A stretch of 61,244 nt of DNA, counting the filler, from Dirinaria sp. TL-2023a (lineage: Eukaryota), in the NCBI GenBank assembly GCA_051941275.1. It is 9 parts of 9 records of this genome, joined end to end, with 100 filler letters (N's around TTAATTAATTAA, not from the genome) between each part and the next. Parts side by side here need not be neighbours in the genome. Positions count along the whole stretch, not along the records: positions 1 to 6,727 come from JAVEBF010001426.1; positions 6,828 to 13,551 come from JAVEBF010001427.1; 7 more parts are not named here. One strand, written 5' to 3'. Under the pieces are notes generated by a model, which did no database searches, was not told the origin of the DNA, and worked only from the letters and a program-made list of their open reading frames with translations. Positions within the stretch are counted from its first letter, which is position 1. Every line of letters starts with the position of its first letter. The position numbers and the translations under genes were made by a program. This document shows, piece by piece, positions 1 to 11,118 of this stretch.

Positions 1-2
1 AT

Positions 3-557
3 CATGATGGCACCATCTCCGCAGCAGCAGAAAGCGACCAAAAAAACCCCCCACCCCTCAACGCCGTGCTCATGGGCCGCAAAACCTGGGACTCAATCCC
101 CGCCAAATTCCGCCCCTTGAAAGGTCGCGTCAATATCATCATCTCCCGCAACATCGACTTCGTGAACAACCACAGACACCAGACCTCTCTTCTCGACCAC
201 ACGGGGGGGGGATCAGCAGAATCGCCCACTTTCGCGGCGACGAGTATCGAGGACGGGTTACGGCGCTATCAGGAGCAGTATCAGGACAGGGGCCGGGTAT
301 TTGTGATTGGGGGTGCGAGCATTTATAAGGCGGCGTTGGAAGCGGAGACCTGTGAGAGGATTCTTTGGACGAGGGTTCGCAGGGACTTTGAGTGTGATAC
401 GTGGTTTCCCAGCGAAGAGGCTCTGCAGGGACGGAATGGGTGGGTGAGGAAGAGTAGACAGGAGCTGGAAAATTGGACTGGGCAGGAAGGGGTAGGCGGA
501 CTACGTGAGGAGGAGGGGGTGGAGTTTGAGGTTGAGATGTGGGAAAGGGGGCTATGA
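3..557 (+). CDS. DFR1: Dihydrofolate reductase, 5'-partial
   Basis: Frame is open from the window edge. Motifs NAVLMGRKTWDSIP, RPLKGRVNIIISR, VFVIGGASIY, FECDTWFP and FEVEMWER are typical of DHFR. Confidence 0.95.
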   Translation, partial: HDGTISAAAESDQKNPPPLNAVLMGRKTWDSIPAKFRPLKGRVNIIISRNIDFVNNHRHQTSLLDHTGGGSAESPTFAATSIEDGLRRYQEQYQDRGRVFVIGGASIYKAALEAETCERILWTRVRRDFECDTWFPSEEALQGRNGWVRKSRQELENWTGQEGVGGLREEEGVEFEVEMWERGL

Positions 558-809
558 TTTGCTTGCAGCAGGGAAAATGGTGGTACTGTGCTCGTGATCC
601 GGCGCATTCGGCATCCAGGATCCTGTCCTCTGAGTCCGCAGGCATCACAGCTTTCTGCTTTAAATTCTTGGCTTAGTCCTGCTTGCTAAGACGACTCCCT
701 CAGAAAGACACACAAAGCATATCTGACTGGAAATATGTCCCAGCGGCCTGCAGCCAAAGCTACTTTGTCTCCCACTAAGTAAACTGGATAGTCTCTTGCT
801 GATTCCAGC

Positions 810-2580
810 TCATACGTCAACAACTTCCACTCTCGCGGCCACCAGCCACTCCCAATCTCCATCCTTGGACCGCTTAGTTATGGCGTAGAGTTCATCAAGG
901 AACGCAGGCACGAAGCTTCCTGGGCCCTTTACATCATCGCGCTTGGCCGCGTTTTCGGATGCAATCTCAAACACGAGAACGCCCGCCAATGCAGCGAGGA
1001 GCTTGTCGTCCTTGTGGACGGCGAGAAATGATGCAATGGTCGTTCCAAGCGTGCAACCGCTTCCTGTAATTTTGGATAGAAAGTGGCTCCCGTTGCTGAT
1101 TGCGTAAGTACACTGGCCATCGCTTAGGTAGTCAGTAGCTCCTGTCAGGAGGACAATGTTACGCTCGCGTTCGGCGAGCTTCTTAGCAATGCGAGCTTTG
1201 TCTTGCGCTGAAGTGCTGCTGTTGCTGCTATCGACACCCTTCTGTTGAGGGCCAGTCTGTCCAAGGATCGTGGTGAGTTCGTTCTCATTGCCCTTGATTA
1301 CATCAAAGTACCCGCCATTCAATAAAGTCTTGACCGCTTCTCTGCGAATGCTTGTCGCACCAGCGCCAACAGGGTCGAGTAGAACCGGACCGCCTGCACT
1401 ATTGTACGCTTTGAGGGACTGCAGGTAGTTCTTGATGCCATCCGGGGTGACAGTTCCCATATTGATGACTAGAGCACCTCCAATTTTGGCAAGATCTTCC
1501 GCTTCCTCTCCGTAATTTGCCATGATAGGGCTCGCACCGCTTTAGAGAATTAGTTGCAAAGTAAACTCGTTCGATCAAAGAGCACTTACACAGCTAGAGC
1601 AACGTTGGCCGCAAAGTTCTGAACCACGAGATTTGTCATGTTATGGCACAGAGGCGTCTCATTTCCCACCTTAGTGACCACAGCCGGGACCTCGCTTATT
1701 ATAGCATTGACCATGTTTACCTTGCTAGCTCTGTTCGTTGCAAATGCAGGCGGTTTTCCAAGTAAGCGGCGTAATTCACGAGCAGCGAATTTTGGGGTTT
1801 CCGAGGCCATAATAGCACTCACGACAGCGGGACCGTCAAGGCCTTTGGATGGTGTACGAGTTTGAAACATGACGCGCTGCACATTTGACGCGTTGATCCC
1901 ACCAATGGCTACCGTAGCTGGTGATTCAGCAGACGCAGACAGACCTTCAAGGATCTTCCTCGTCCCTTGGATACCTATAATAGACTTGGTGTTCTCCTTG
2001 CTGTTCCATGTCAGCAGATTCTCTAACGCCTGGCGTCTTGATCACCTACGTGGGAGTGGCAAAAACCGTGCCAATTCCAAGGTAATTAGCGCCTGCTTTC
2101 GTTGCTACGAATGCCTCTTCTAACGAAGTACAAGTGATACCAATGATGGCATCTGGGCCCAAAAGTTTCCGTGCGGTGTAGATGTCTATCAGCACATCAG
2201 CATACCACATTTCTGATCATTAAAACATCGAAATTTAAATGCAAAGATGAGGTAGCTCTAGTGGCAATAAACAACCTCCAAATTCTGTTTGAAGGGTGCA
2301 TACCCATGTCATCTTGACCCAAATGAACGCCTTCAGCACCAACAGCCAGGGCAACATCGACGCGGTCATTGATCAGTAAAGGTACGTTGTGCGTGGAGGT
2401 GATGCTGTGAAGGCGTTCTGCCATACGGATTAGGTCCGCTGTTTCGCTTGACTTGTCCCGATACTGGACAACGGTAACTCCGCCATCGAGGGCATCCGAA
2501 ACCACATTTGCTAAGTCTTTCTTGCCAAGTATAGCCGGAGTCGAGTCGGTTACCAGATAGAGCGAATAGTCGACGTGCAT
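810..2580 (-). CDS. THI6: Bifunctional thiamine-phosphate synthase / hydroxyethylthiazole kinase (~517 aa)
   Basis: Exons 2580-2304, 2185-2050, 2000-1590, 1539-810 with GT-AG introns give an intact frame. TMP synthase motifs DYSLYLVTD, VQYRDK, LLINDRVDVA, HLGQDD, ATPTK. Kinase motifs HNMTNLVVQNFAAN, LLDPVGAGAT, IKGNENE, ITGSGCTLG. Confidence 0.95.
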
Positions 2581-3491
2581 TTTCACTCTCTTCGAGTTCT
2601 GGGTAGGATGATGCTGAATACTAGGATTTGCCATAGACCTTCGATTCCTTTAACATCTTGTTTTAGCATTCGAGAACACGGTAATCCTAGCGTTCTGCAT
2701 CGCAGAAAAGAAAAACACAAGACTACTGAATTCACCAGGTAGTTGGGAGTAGAGATAAAATGGGAGCATGGAAAAAGGGGGCAGAAGAATGGTCTGGAAG
2801 TATCTGCAACGTCCGATGCCCGGAGTCTTTTGATTTGACTACTGGACATCGCGACGACATATTTCTCAACGTGTCCCCTTGCGCATACTCTTCTATAGCA
2901 ATCGAATATAACTGCGTTTCTAAGTTCTTTCTTCAACAGCAGCTTGCTACCGTCGTCGAGTTCTTTGTCTACTAGAGCATATGCACCTGCCACGAGTTCG
3001 AGCTTTAAAGCAGAAAGAGAGGACTGAGAAACATGACGGAATGGATAATTCCCTCAACGCACGGGAAAAAACCACGGCTGTCGCGAAAACAATTGTACTG
3101 ATACAAGTACTGCGATGCAGAATGAGGTCATACCTTATCATGATCAGAAGCGAAAGGTTCCAGACTCAATGTCATGCTCAAAGCTAACGTGATTAGAGAG
3201 CTCTGGGTCGAAAGCCCGGTCCGGCGTCAGTCATGTCAAAGGGACAGACAACTCGCCCATGGCCGCTACATGTAGTATAATATACTTTGCACAGATCCAT
3301 TTGAGCAACCAAAGACAGCCAAGCGGCCGCGGTTAATGCCCAGGAATTATTTTCAACCACATACCTCTCGGTCTTTTGTAGCAGAAGGCACGCGCTCCAC
3401 AGACTATCTCGAAGTAAATGTCTTCATTTCGGTCAGGCTCCTTCTCATATAGTAGTTGGCTTTAGGCTATGCAGGAATAGGATGTTGGGAA

Positions 3492-3595
3492 CGGGATGAT
3501 GTTGAGGGAAGATGTCGGGATGATGTTGAGGGAAGATGTCAGGATGCATCGGAACTGCATTGGAATCGCATTGGAATCGCATTGGAATCGCATTG
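3492..3595. repeat. Tandem repeats: 24-nt unit x2, then 11-nt unit x3.5
   Basis: cgggatgatgttgagggaagatgt at 3492 and 3516; gcattggaatc at 3557, 3568, 3579 plus a partial copy. Confidence 0.9.
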
Positions 3596-4012
3596 CATGT
3601 CCATCAGATGATTTCATCGCTACCGAGTGATGCGAAGTTCGCGTCATGCCACCAGACCACAAGGAGATTAGCGGGAAACCGGGCGGCGTGAAATCTTCCT
3701 TTCTCGCTTTTTCGCCTCGGCTGCTTCTTGCTTTCCTGCTTCTGCCTTCTTGCTTCTTCCATTCAACCACCTCAGTGCCTTCTACCAACTTCCACACCGA
3801 TCCCATCAAACTGCCAGCATATTAAAACCCCCTACTTCAGCCCTCCATAGAGACCCTCCCATCAACCAGCAACCAATACAGGAGGGCCAGTGTCCAGCAA
3901 ATCTGGGGGAGTCGCGAATCAAACTCCACCAGGCCTTCCCCCAACACAGTCAGAGCCAACACTTCCAGCAAACTCACACCCAGCACAGACCAGTTTCGAC
4001 AGACTGCAGTAT

Positions 4013-4261
4013 ATGTATTCGTCCTCCGCCACCGCCTTCGATCACTACCTGCTGCTCAAGCTGCAACCATTTCGCAAAGTGCGGAAACCTTGTAGTCAAT
4101 ACTCAAGGTCCAACGGCTAGCCTACCCTTCCGCTAAACGGTACTTTCTGCGACCGCGCAGGAATCGATCCGGCCATCCTGGATCTACGCATGTCTTTGTC
4201 GGTATCGCTCCGCGGTACTATCCTTCTCTTGGTGGCCTCCAATATCAAGCATCATCTCTAG
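4013..4261 (+). promoter_or_regulatory. Two poor-context uORFs in the putative eIF5 5' leader
   Basis: uORF1 4013-4120 (tatATGt) and uORF2 4190-4261 (cgcATGt), both with a -3 pyrimidine and +4 U. The main AUG is gccaccATGg. Leader extent is inferred. Confidence 0.65.
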
Positions 4262-4285
4262 ATTTAGCTCTCGTCAATCGCCACC

Positions 4286-5752
4286 ATGGCCACTATTAAT
4301 ATTCGTCGGGTAAGACGCGCCTCCGACGAAAATTTCATCGCTCGGTACTAATTTGGGGAAAAGGATGTTTCGGATCCCTTCTACCGCTACAAGATGGAGA
4401 AGCTGCAGTCTAAGGTTGAAGGAAAGGGCAACGGCATCAAGACCGTCATTGTCAACCTTAGCAGCGTTTCCCATTCTTTGAGCCGGCCACCTGCTCGTGC
4501 GTACTATAGCTTGCCAAACTGATACTGTCATGCTGACATCATTATAGAGGTTATCAAATATTTCGGGTTCGAGCTTGGGGCACAGACCAATACCAATCCA
4601 GCCGACGACCGCTGGATCATCAATGGTGCCCATGAGGCATCTAAGCTCCAAGACTATCTGCATGGCTACATCACCAAATTTGTCCTCTGCAAGAAGTGCA
4701 AGAATCCAGAGACGGACACGGTCATCAAAGACGGACGCATCCTCCTAGACTGCAAAGCCTGCGGTCAACGCTCGGACGTTGATTTGCGTCTGAAGCTGAG
4801 CGGCTATGTCCTAAAGAATCAGCCGAAGAAGGGCAAGAAGGATAAGTCCGAGAAGAAAGCTCGTCGCGCAAAGGCCAAGTCCGAAAATGGTGGCGACGCG
4901 GAGCAGAATGGCAACGGACACGCAGGCTCGGGAGACAGCAACTCTGACAACGCAGAAGCCGATGATGGTGACTTTGCACTCGAAGCTGGCAGCGACGATG
5001 AACTCACGCGCCGTATCAATGCCGATGCTAAAGACTTGGAAGACAACGACGGAGCCAAGGACGATGTCTGGGCTGTGGACGTCTCTGAGGAGGCGGTCAA
5101 AGCTCGTGCCAAAGAACTTCCGGATGATCTCAAGCAGAAGCTTGTCTTTGAAGACGGTGACGAAGAAGGAGATGCCGAGAACGGTACTAGCTCTTATGAC
5201 CAGTTCGGTAGCTGGATCATGGAGACCGCTACCTCTCAGGGTGGCGTCGCCAACCTCGATGACGTCGAAATCTACGTCAAAGCAAAGGAGCTGGGTATCG
5301 AAGGAAAGCACAAGACCTTGACAGTGCTCGCCCAGACCGTCTTTGACGAGAATATCGTTGCGCAGATCCCTAAGCGCGCAAGCATGCTCAAGAAGGTACG
5401 TCACACGCATCAAGGTCCTTTTTTTCCCCTCTGTATTTGGCTCACAGCAACATAGATGGTCACCTCGGAGCGTCACGAACGAGCTTTCCTCGGCGGCACT
5501 GAACGCTTTGTGGGTAACGAGCACCCCAAGCTCATCCCGCAGGTGCCCAAGATCCTGCTCGCCTTCTACGAAGCGGATCTCGTGTCCGAGGCGGTCCTGA
5601 AAGCTTGGGGCTCCAAAGCCAGCAAGAAATACGTCGAGCTGTCTACCAGCAAGAAGGTCCGCAAGGCCGCCGAACCCTTCCTCGAATGGCTCAACAATGC
5701 CGAGAGCGACGAGGAGGAGGAGGAGGAGGAGGAGTCTGAGGTGGATGCATAG
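4286..5752 (+). CDS. TIF5: Translation initiation factor eIF5 (~433 aa)
   Basis: Exons 4286-4309, 4364-4496, 4548-5395, 5456-5752. [35 protein letters not shown], Zn finger [14 protein letters not shown], and W2 domain ending [14 protein letters not shown] tail. Confidence 0.97.
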
Positions 5753-6219
5753 ACCACCCCTCCCTTCTGCTGCTGCAGGTCCCCCAACTTTGCTTTGCTT
5801 TGGGTCTTTCGCCCCGGACAACGGGCGCCTTTTTGCCTGACTTTAGTCGCTTGCTTGCATCCATCATCATCATCAGTCCACTTGTCCGTCTGCGCCTTTG
5901 TTCGTAAATCGATAGCTGCTGGGCTCGCGCCCTAAAACTCGCCACTCTTTACTTAGCTGGTCGTTCTCATTCTCTTCTCTCCAAGAAAACACATCAAATT
6001 AGATTTAACCTGTACACTTGTATTCTTGTGTTTTATGTTATTTCCCTATGTCGTAACAAAACATTTGCCATGACTCCTACGTCCTGTGCTCTCGAATTTG
6101 ATATCCCAGCCCGTATTTGACCGTTACCAATAATGTCCTCCCCACAGTCTTGTATAACCATCTACCCATTCATTCATAGTTAAAATCACGACCTCGAAAA
6201 TCCGAGAACATAATCTGCT

Positions 6220-6727
6220 TCAAGCACCCGGCTTCTTATCCATCCCGCTCCCTCTCTCCCTATCCGTCTGCCTCTCCTCCAACAACCAAGCCGCATCAGG
6301 ATTCAATCCGCGTAGCGCCTCCTCCAGTTGCCCTCCCGCCTTCCACACTCCCACACCACCACCATCAGCAACCATCTCCCAAATAACATCCTCCATCTCG
6401 CCCGTGACGCCCACCCACTCCACAACCTTAGCCAACAACTCCCTAACCGCCTCAAACTTCCTCCCCATCAACCCCGCTCCAGGTCCCTCTCTCCGCATCG
6501 CCTTCCTCTCCCTCTCCGCCTCCCTCTGCGCCCTGCCATACAACCTCCTCAACCCCTCCCACTCCTCTTCAAAGCGTGACATCAGAAAATCTCCCGCCGT
6601 TTCGCACAGCGAGGCCATGGCCTTGCAGGCTGCGATCGTGATATAGGGTTCTGGATCGTGGAGGCGCGGCACGAGGACGGGCCAGAGCGTGTGGATTAGT
6701 GGGAGGAATTGGTTTTGGTAAGGGGAT
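6220..6727 (-). CDS. TTI1: TTI1-like (TEL2-interacting) HEAT-repeat protein, C-terminal fragment
   Basis: Open to the contig edge. QFLPLIHTLWPVLVPRL...CETAGDFLMSRF...LNPDAAWL resembles the TTI1 C-terminus. Confidence 0.75.
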
Positions 6728-6827
6728 NNNNNNNNNNNNNNNNNNNNNNNNNNNNNNNNNNNNNNNNNNNNTTAATTAATTAANNNNNNNNNNNNNNNNN
6801 NNNNNNNNNNNNNNNNNNNNNNNNNNN
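6728..6827. other. Artificial contig linker
   Basis: N44-TTAATTAATTAA-N44, with stops in all six frames. Confidence 0.99.
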
Positions 6828-7098
6828 GCGTCCTCTATTCCTTCTCTTCTCTCCTGAGGCAAGTAGGGAAACTTAGATCTCTCCCCCAACCAGAACCTTA
6901 TCCCAGAATTCCTACCACTAAGTAAATCGGGAGAAATACTTATACCTTAATACAATTCACCTTTCGCATAGAAACCACGTTATTTCTATACCTGGATCTT
7001 TCATATATTGAGTAAAGTATCTCGGCTGGGTAACTAAGCACTATATGATCACTTGAGTATGTATGTATTTTACTATCGAGCATCTATAGTGATGTATA

Positions 7099-7149
<51 letters not shown>
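7099..7149. repeat. (TAG)17 microsatellite
   Basis: Perfect trinucleotide run about 190 nt downstream of the GFA gene stop. Confidence 0.97.
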
Positions 7150-7151
<2 letters not shown>

Positions 7152-7334
7152 ATATATATGTGTCTGTTCTCCTGCACGAAAATCGCTTGATTTAAGAACC
7201 CGCTTTTTTTTTTGGAAGATGGGTGAGATATGTTTGGTATATGGTACAGTATAGGAGGGAAGGTTTGGATGCTTGATGGAAGGGCTGGACGTGCTACACA
7301 CCAAAAAAAAAGCTTTTCTAACCCCCATGGTACT

Positions 7335-8259
7335 TCATTCCCCATTCTGCTGCCCGCTCTCCCCCTTACTTTTCTTCCTCTGCTCCTGCTGCTCGTGCTC
7401 CAGCTCCACCTCCGCCTTCCGCTTCTCGACCGCGTCGCGGGGGCTATCGGCGCACAACTCGCTGACGTCGTTGAGACCCGTCCACTTTGGTTTGCCGTCG
7501 TTGATATCCAGGACGCGGCGCGGGTAGAACATGTGGCAGGAGACGTCGAAGTTGCGGCGGTCGGCCGGGGTCTCGAAGTCGATGAGGGTGGGGAAGAGGA
7601 GGATCATGTTGCGGCCTTCGTCCATGATGGGCGTGCGGCAGTAGGCGCAGGAGACTTTGCAGGGCAGCTTGTGCACGCAGGTTTTCTCCGAGGACTCGTA
7701 CCAGCCCAGGTCGTGGTGCCCGTGCGTGAAGTTGATGTCCGTTTTGTGGAAGATGGCGGCCCATTGGAAGGGGGCGCCTGGTGAATTTTTTTAGTTTTTT
7801 TTTAAAAAGGCATGATAGATTGGGTTGCTAAAACGGAGAATTGGGAGGGGAACGAAAAAGGGCAAAAGGGGGGGATTGAGATGTACCGTGGATTTTCTGG
7901 CAGGTCGTGCAATGGCAGTACTTGGCGTCCAGCGGCTTCTCCCGACTCAATTGGTATTTGATCTTCCCGCAGTGACAGCTGCCCCTATATCTGACGTGGA
8001 AGTTCGGGTCGTTTTCATGGACTTTGTACGGAGCCCGGAACTTCCACTGGTTCAGCTCCCCTTCGGTGCTCCCCTCGTCGCCGTTATCGCCGTTAGCAAT
8101 GTACGTTCTGACGTCGCCGCTCATTTTGGGCGCGGAGGTGTGGAATTGCGATTGTACTTGTGCCAGGCGGGTCAAGGGGCGATGTGACGAGCTTGGGGTA
8201 AAGTGTGGCACTTTGGATACCGTCAGTGGGAGGCGGAAGACGCGTGTTGCTGCAGACAT
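7335..8259 (-). CDS. GFA / CENP-V (Mss4-like) zinc-binding protein (~271 aa)
   Basis: Exons 8259-7887 and 7777-7335. GSCHCG, CHCTTCQKIHGAPF, CAYCRTP and CHMFY motifs. Confidence 0.9.
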
Positions 8260-8799
8260 GCAGGAATTGGCGTCGTCGTGACGAGAGGTGACGGAGATTT
8301 GTCACATTTCCACTTCTTCTGGATATGGCTTTTTTAAGGTGGCGAAGGATATCGAAAACACGCTAACCGGCATCGATCCCCAGTGGTGCATTTTTCAAAG
8401 GTGATGACATCAAATGCAGCTTTAAGTGGTCATGACGTAGCGGATTGCAGAGCGCGGAAAAGTAAGAACAGAAGGCATTGCTTGTCGCCCTGTTCTCTCT
8501 GCCGGGTCTGTTTGCAATTGGCGTTGCATTTTGTATGTTCCAAGTGAGTAATACCTGAGCTGATATCAAAGCTCTCGATCAATTGCTATTGCAAAATGTA
8601 GATATTGTCGTAGTCCCCAGCTTTGCTAGCGCTTAGCTGCAGGGATTAGATCGGAATCTCTGATCCTGAAACGTCTAAGCTCAGATCTATGAAGATGCCG
8701 CTACGGAAGTATGATCAACGACAGCCAATTAAATGAATGATCCCAGCAGTTCCTGTTTAGGATAAATTACCTCCCCAATGAATTTCCTGCATCGTCCTC

Positions 8800-9390
8800 T
8801 AGCGTGTGCAGAAACGTTGCAAGATTTCTGGACCCTGAAAGTTTGCACTCCTTTAGTCTTGTGTTAGTAGATGAAATCTTTCCCATCTAGGCAGTACCCA
8901 ATAATGACTGATGTTGAAGCATAGAAACGCAAAACCAGCTGCTAAGTGGGTTCATGAGCATGTGGGTTATATTATTTTTCAAGTACTCCAAAATCATTGT
9001 ATACTGGAGGCGTATCGCACAATATATCCATTGTCGACACGTGAAATCATCCCTTCATCCAGTATCCTGCTCGCTTGAACAAGGCCATAAATCCTGCTGA
9101 ATTGCTCCGTAATCGCCTTCAAACATACATCACCGACACTGGGCCTGAAGTGTTTCACCGCGTATTCACCACATTGTGACTCCTTCAGGGCTGGACCAAG
9201 ATCGATGAGAATAGGCAGGTAGTAAGCTAACACCAGAAATCGAGTAACTGATAATATCGAAGCTTCAAAATCAATCATTGGGTCCTGTTTAGAAAAAAGA
9301 CTGTCATCTGATATTGTTATGAGCTGCGCATATAAGGAAATGATAAATCTTCAGGGTCCAGAACTTTGCAAAACTTCTGCACATGCCCTA
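8800..9390. mobile_element. Degenerate MITE / non-autonomous DNA transposon candidate
   Basis: Imperfect ~50-nt terminal inverted repeats (8800-8855 vs 9333-9390) share tgtgcagaa, ttgcaa and a perfect ttctggaccctgaa. Both outer ends are TA. Confidence 0.55.
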
Positions 9391-11118
9391 CTGAACTTGC
9401 AATATGTTTTCTTTAGCGATCCTCCATGGTGCGGTACAGTGTTGTGAATTGAGCAGGATCTCGCCATACGGCACAATTAGGAAGCTTGATCCAGAAGGGT
9501 GTCCCTTTGCATTCCTTGAATTTCTGATGCTACTACTCATGACGTGGGATTGAGAGACGCCTGGTCTGCCTTGTACTTTACTGCTGGACAAACATGTGAA
9601 TCGAATCCAGCGGCTCAGATACACAGATAGAATTAGAATGTGCGTTGCCAACGCTTACAACCCGCAGTAGAGTAAGGTATGTATGATGCTATTATCGCAG
9701 TCATCCTCTATTGGTTCGTTCAGCTTGAACTTCCCTTGCGAAATCGAAGTGTTCCAGTTATACACTAGAGTTTCACCTTCCCCCATTACCTTGAAGCTTT
9801 CATCACGGCCTTGCGTAAAACCGAGATGTTGAAAAACAGATTGTTACTGATGCATGGGCGTCCAAGGAGAACATTGAAGAAGAAATGGAAGCTTGCACTC
9901 AAAAGGCAGCATAATAGCTGTCAGTACACGGCTAATAGCAAGAACCATTGTAGCGGAAACCGACGAACAGGGACTTGAGGGCATAGACGATTAGAAGATG
10001 ATGAAAATCTAAGCTTAACCTGCGCGCCGAGACATGACTGTCATGCCGGCGTAAGGAAGTTCAGACATTGCCCGTGTTGAATGGCTTTCGCAGACTCTTT
10101 ATTGCATTATTGTCGGTTGACTGCAGACGAGACCAGCTCTTTGCTTGGAATACTGCTTTGTTCTGACGTTAGTGTTCCCCGCAAAATTTGTGCAGCTCGT
10201 GACCCTAAAAGTGCCTCGAGCATCCGCGCTGCAATCGGTCGCCGCAGAGGTCATAATCAAGGCTTGGGTGGAAGGCGCTTGGATATTTCAAGGCTGTACT
10301 ACTGTACTGTATGGGGCGCTCGGATGTTGGAAGATGGGCAAACTGAGTGCGAATGAGAGTCAGTCCGAGGAGAAAGATGACGGTTTCTGGTTGTATATGT
10401 ACTATGGACGGATGTATTACCCCATAATAATGCAATAACCATGATACTCTTAGTCAATATGCGACGATGGTGAACTTGAAGCAGGAGCAAGTAGAGGCGC
10501 AAGCTGTCTCCTGGCCCAGTATCCTTAGTAAGGCTGCGGGCCGTCGTCACCCCGCGTCGCTCCACGACTCGTGGGGAAAACAGTAGTAATAATGTACGTA
10601 GGCACTCTACTTCTTTATCAAGACACCACGCCCCCCAAGAATTTAATATATGTAAGAGCTACCAAAATAAGAGCGACAGTTACAACCTCACCCTTTCATC
10701 GCATCCAATTTTCTTGTTGAGACGTGTTTGCGACAAACAACGTCATCCTTCACCTTACGCTCCACACGCTGCGCTGCGCCTGCGAACAGATAAGGACCTT
10801 CATCCATCCCCCATTACGGAGTTACAGCAAGACCAAACAAGTTCAGCTTCTCCCTCGCACAACAGCCTGCTCAGCGTGCCCAGCCTGCAAGTAAGCCCTG
10901 CTTTCGGAAAATCTAGGAAAGTCCATATCGTGGATTCAGGATATATTAATAACTACTGCGAGCCGCTCTCGCCAAAGCCCTTGCGCATACCGTCAAACTT
11001 CGCTTCTTGGCCTCTGACGTCTCGAATCATCTGTTGAGAGGCGCGCGAGAGGACACTACCTGCGCTCTCCGCCAAAGCACCCTGCCCTCCACAACGCCTT
11101 GCAGGTCGTTACCAGGGC

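Noticed and set aside
3..2580. DHFR next to THI6 as a cofactor-biosynthesis cluster
   Set aside because: Two convergent housekeeping genes with no shared promoter; no evidence beyond adjacency.
3020..3070. TPP-riboswitch-like words (ctgaga...tggataattcc...cgcacgggaa) upstream of THI6
   Set aside because: They are on the strand opposite THI6, lack the CYUGAU junction and have no P1/P2 pairing. No aptamer is seen in the THI6 introns either.
4811..5821. 336-aa antisense ORF over eIF5, and similar shadow ORFs over SERCA, RhoGAP and the kinase
   Set aside because: A by-product of codon bias on the coding strand, with no independent motifs.
6772..6783. TTAATTAATTAA repeating about every 6.8 kb as a biological repeat or CRISPR-like array
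   Set aside because: It is a synthetic six-frame stop spacer within N runs.
7041..7345. Poly-Tyr and poly-Thr ORFs
   Set aside because: They are translations of the (TAG)17 microsatellite.
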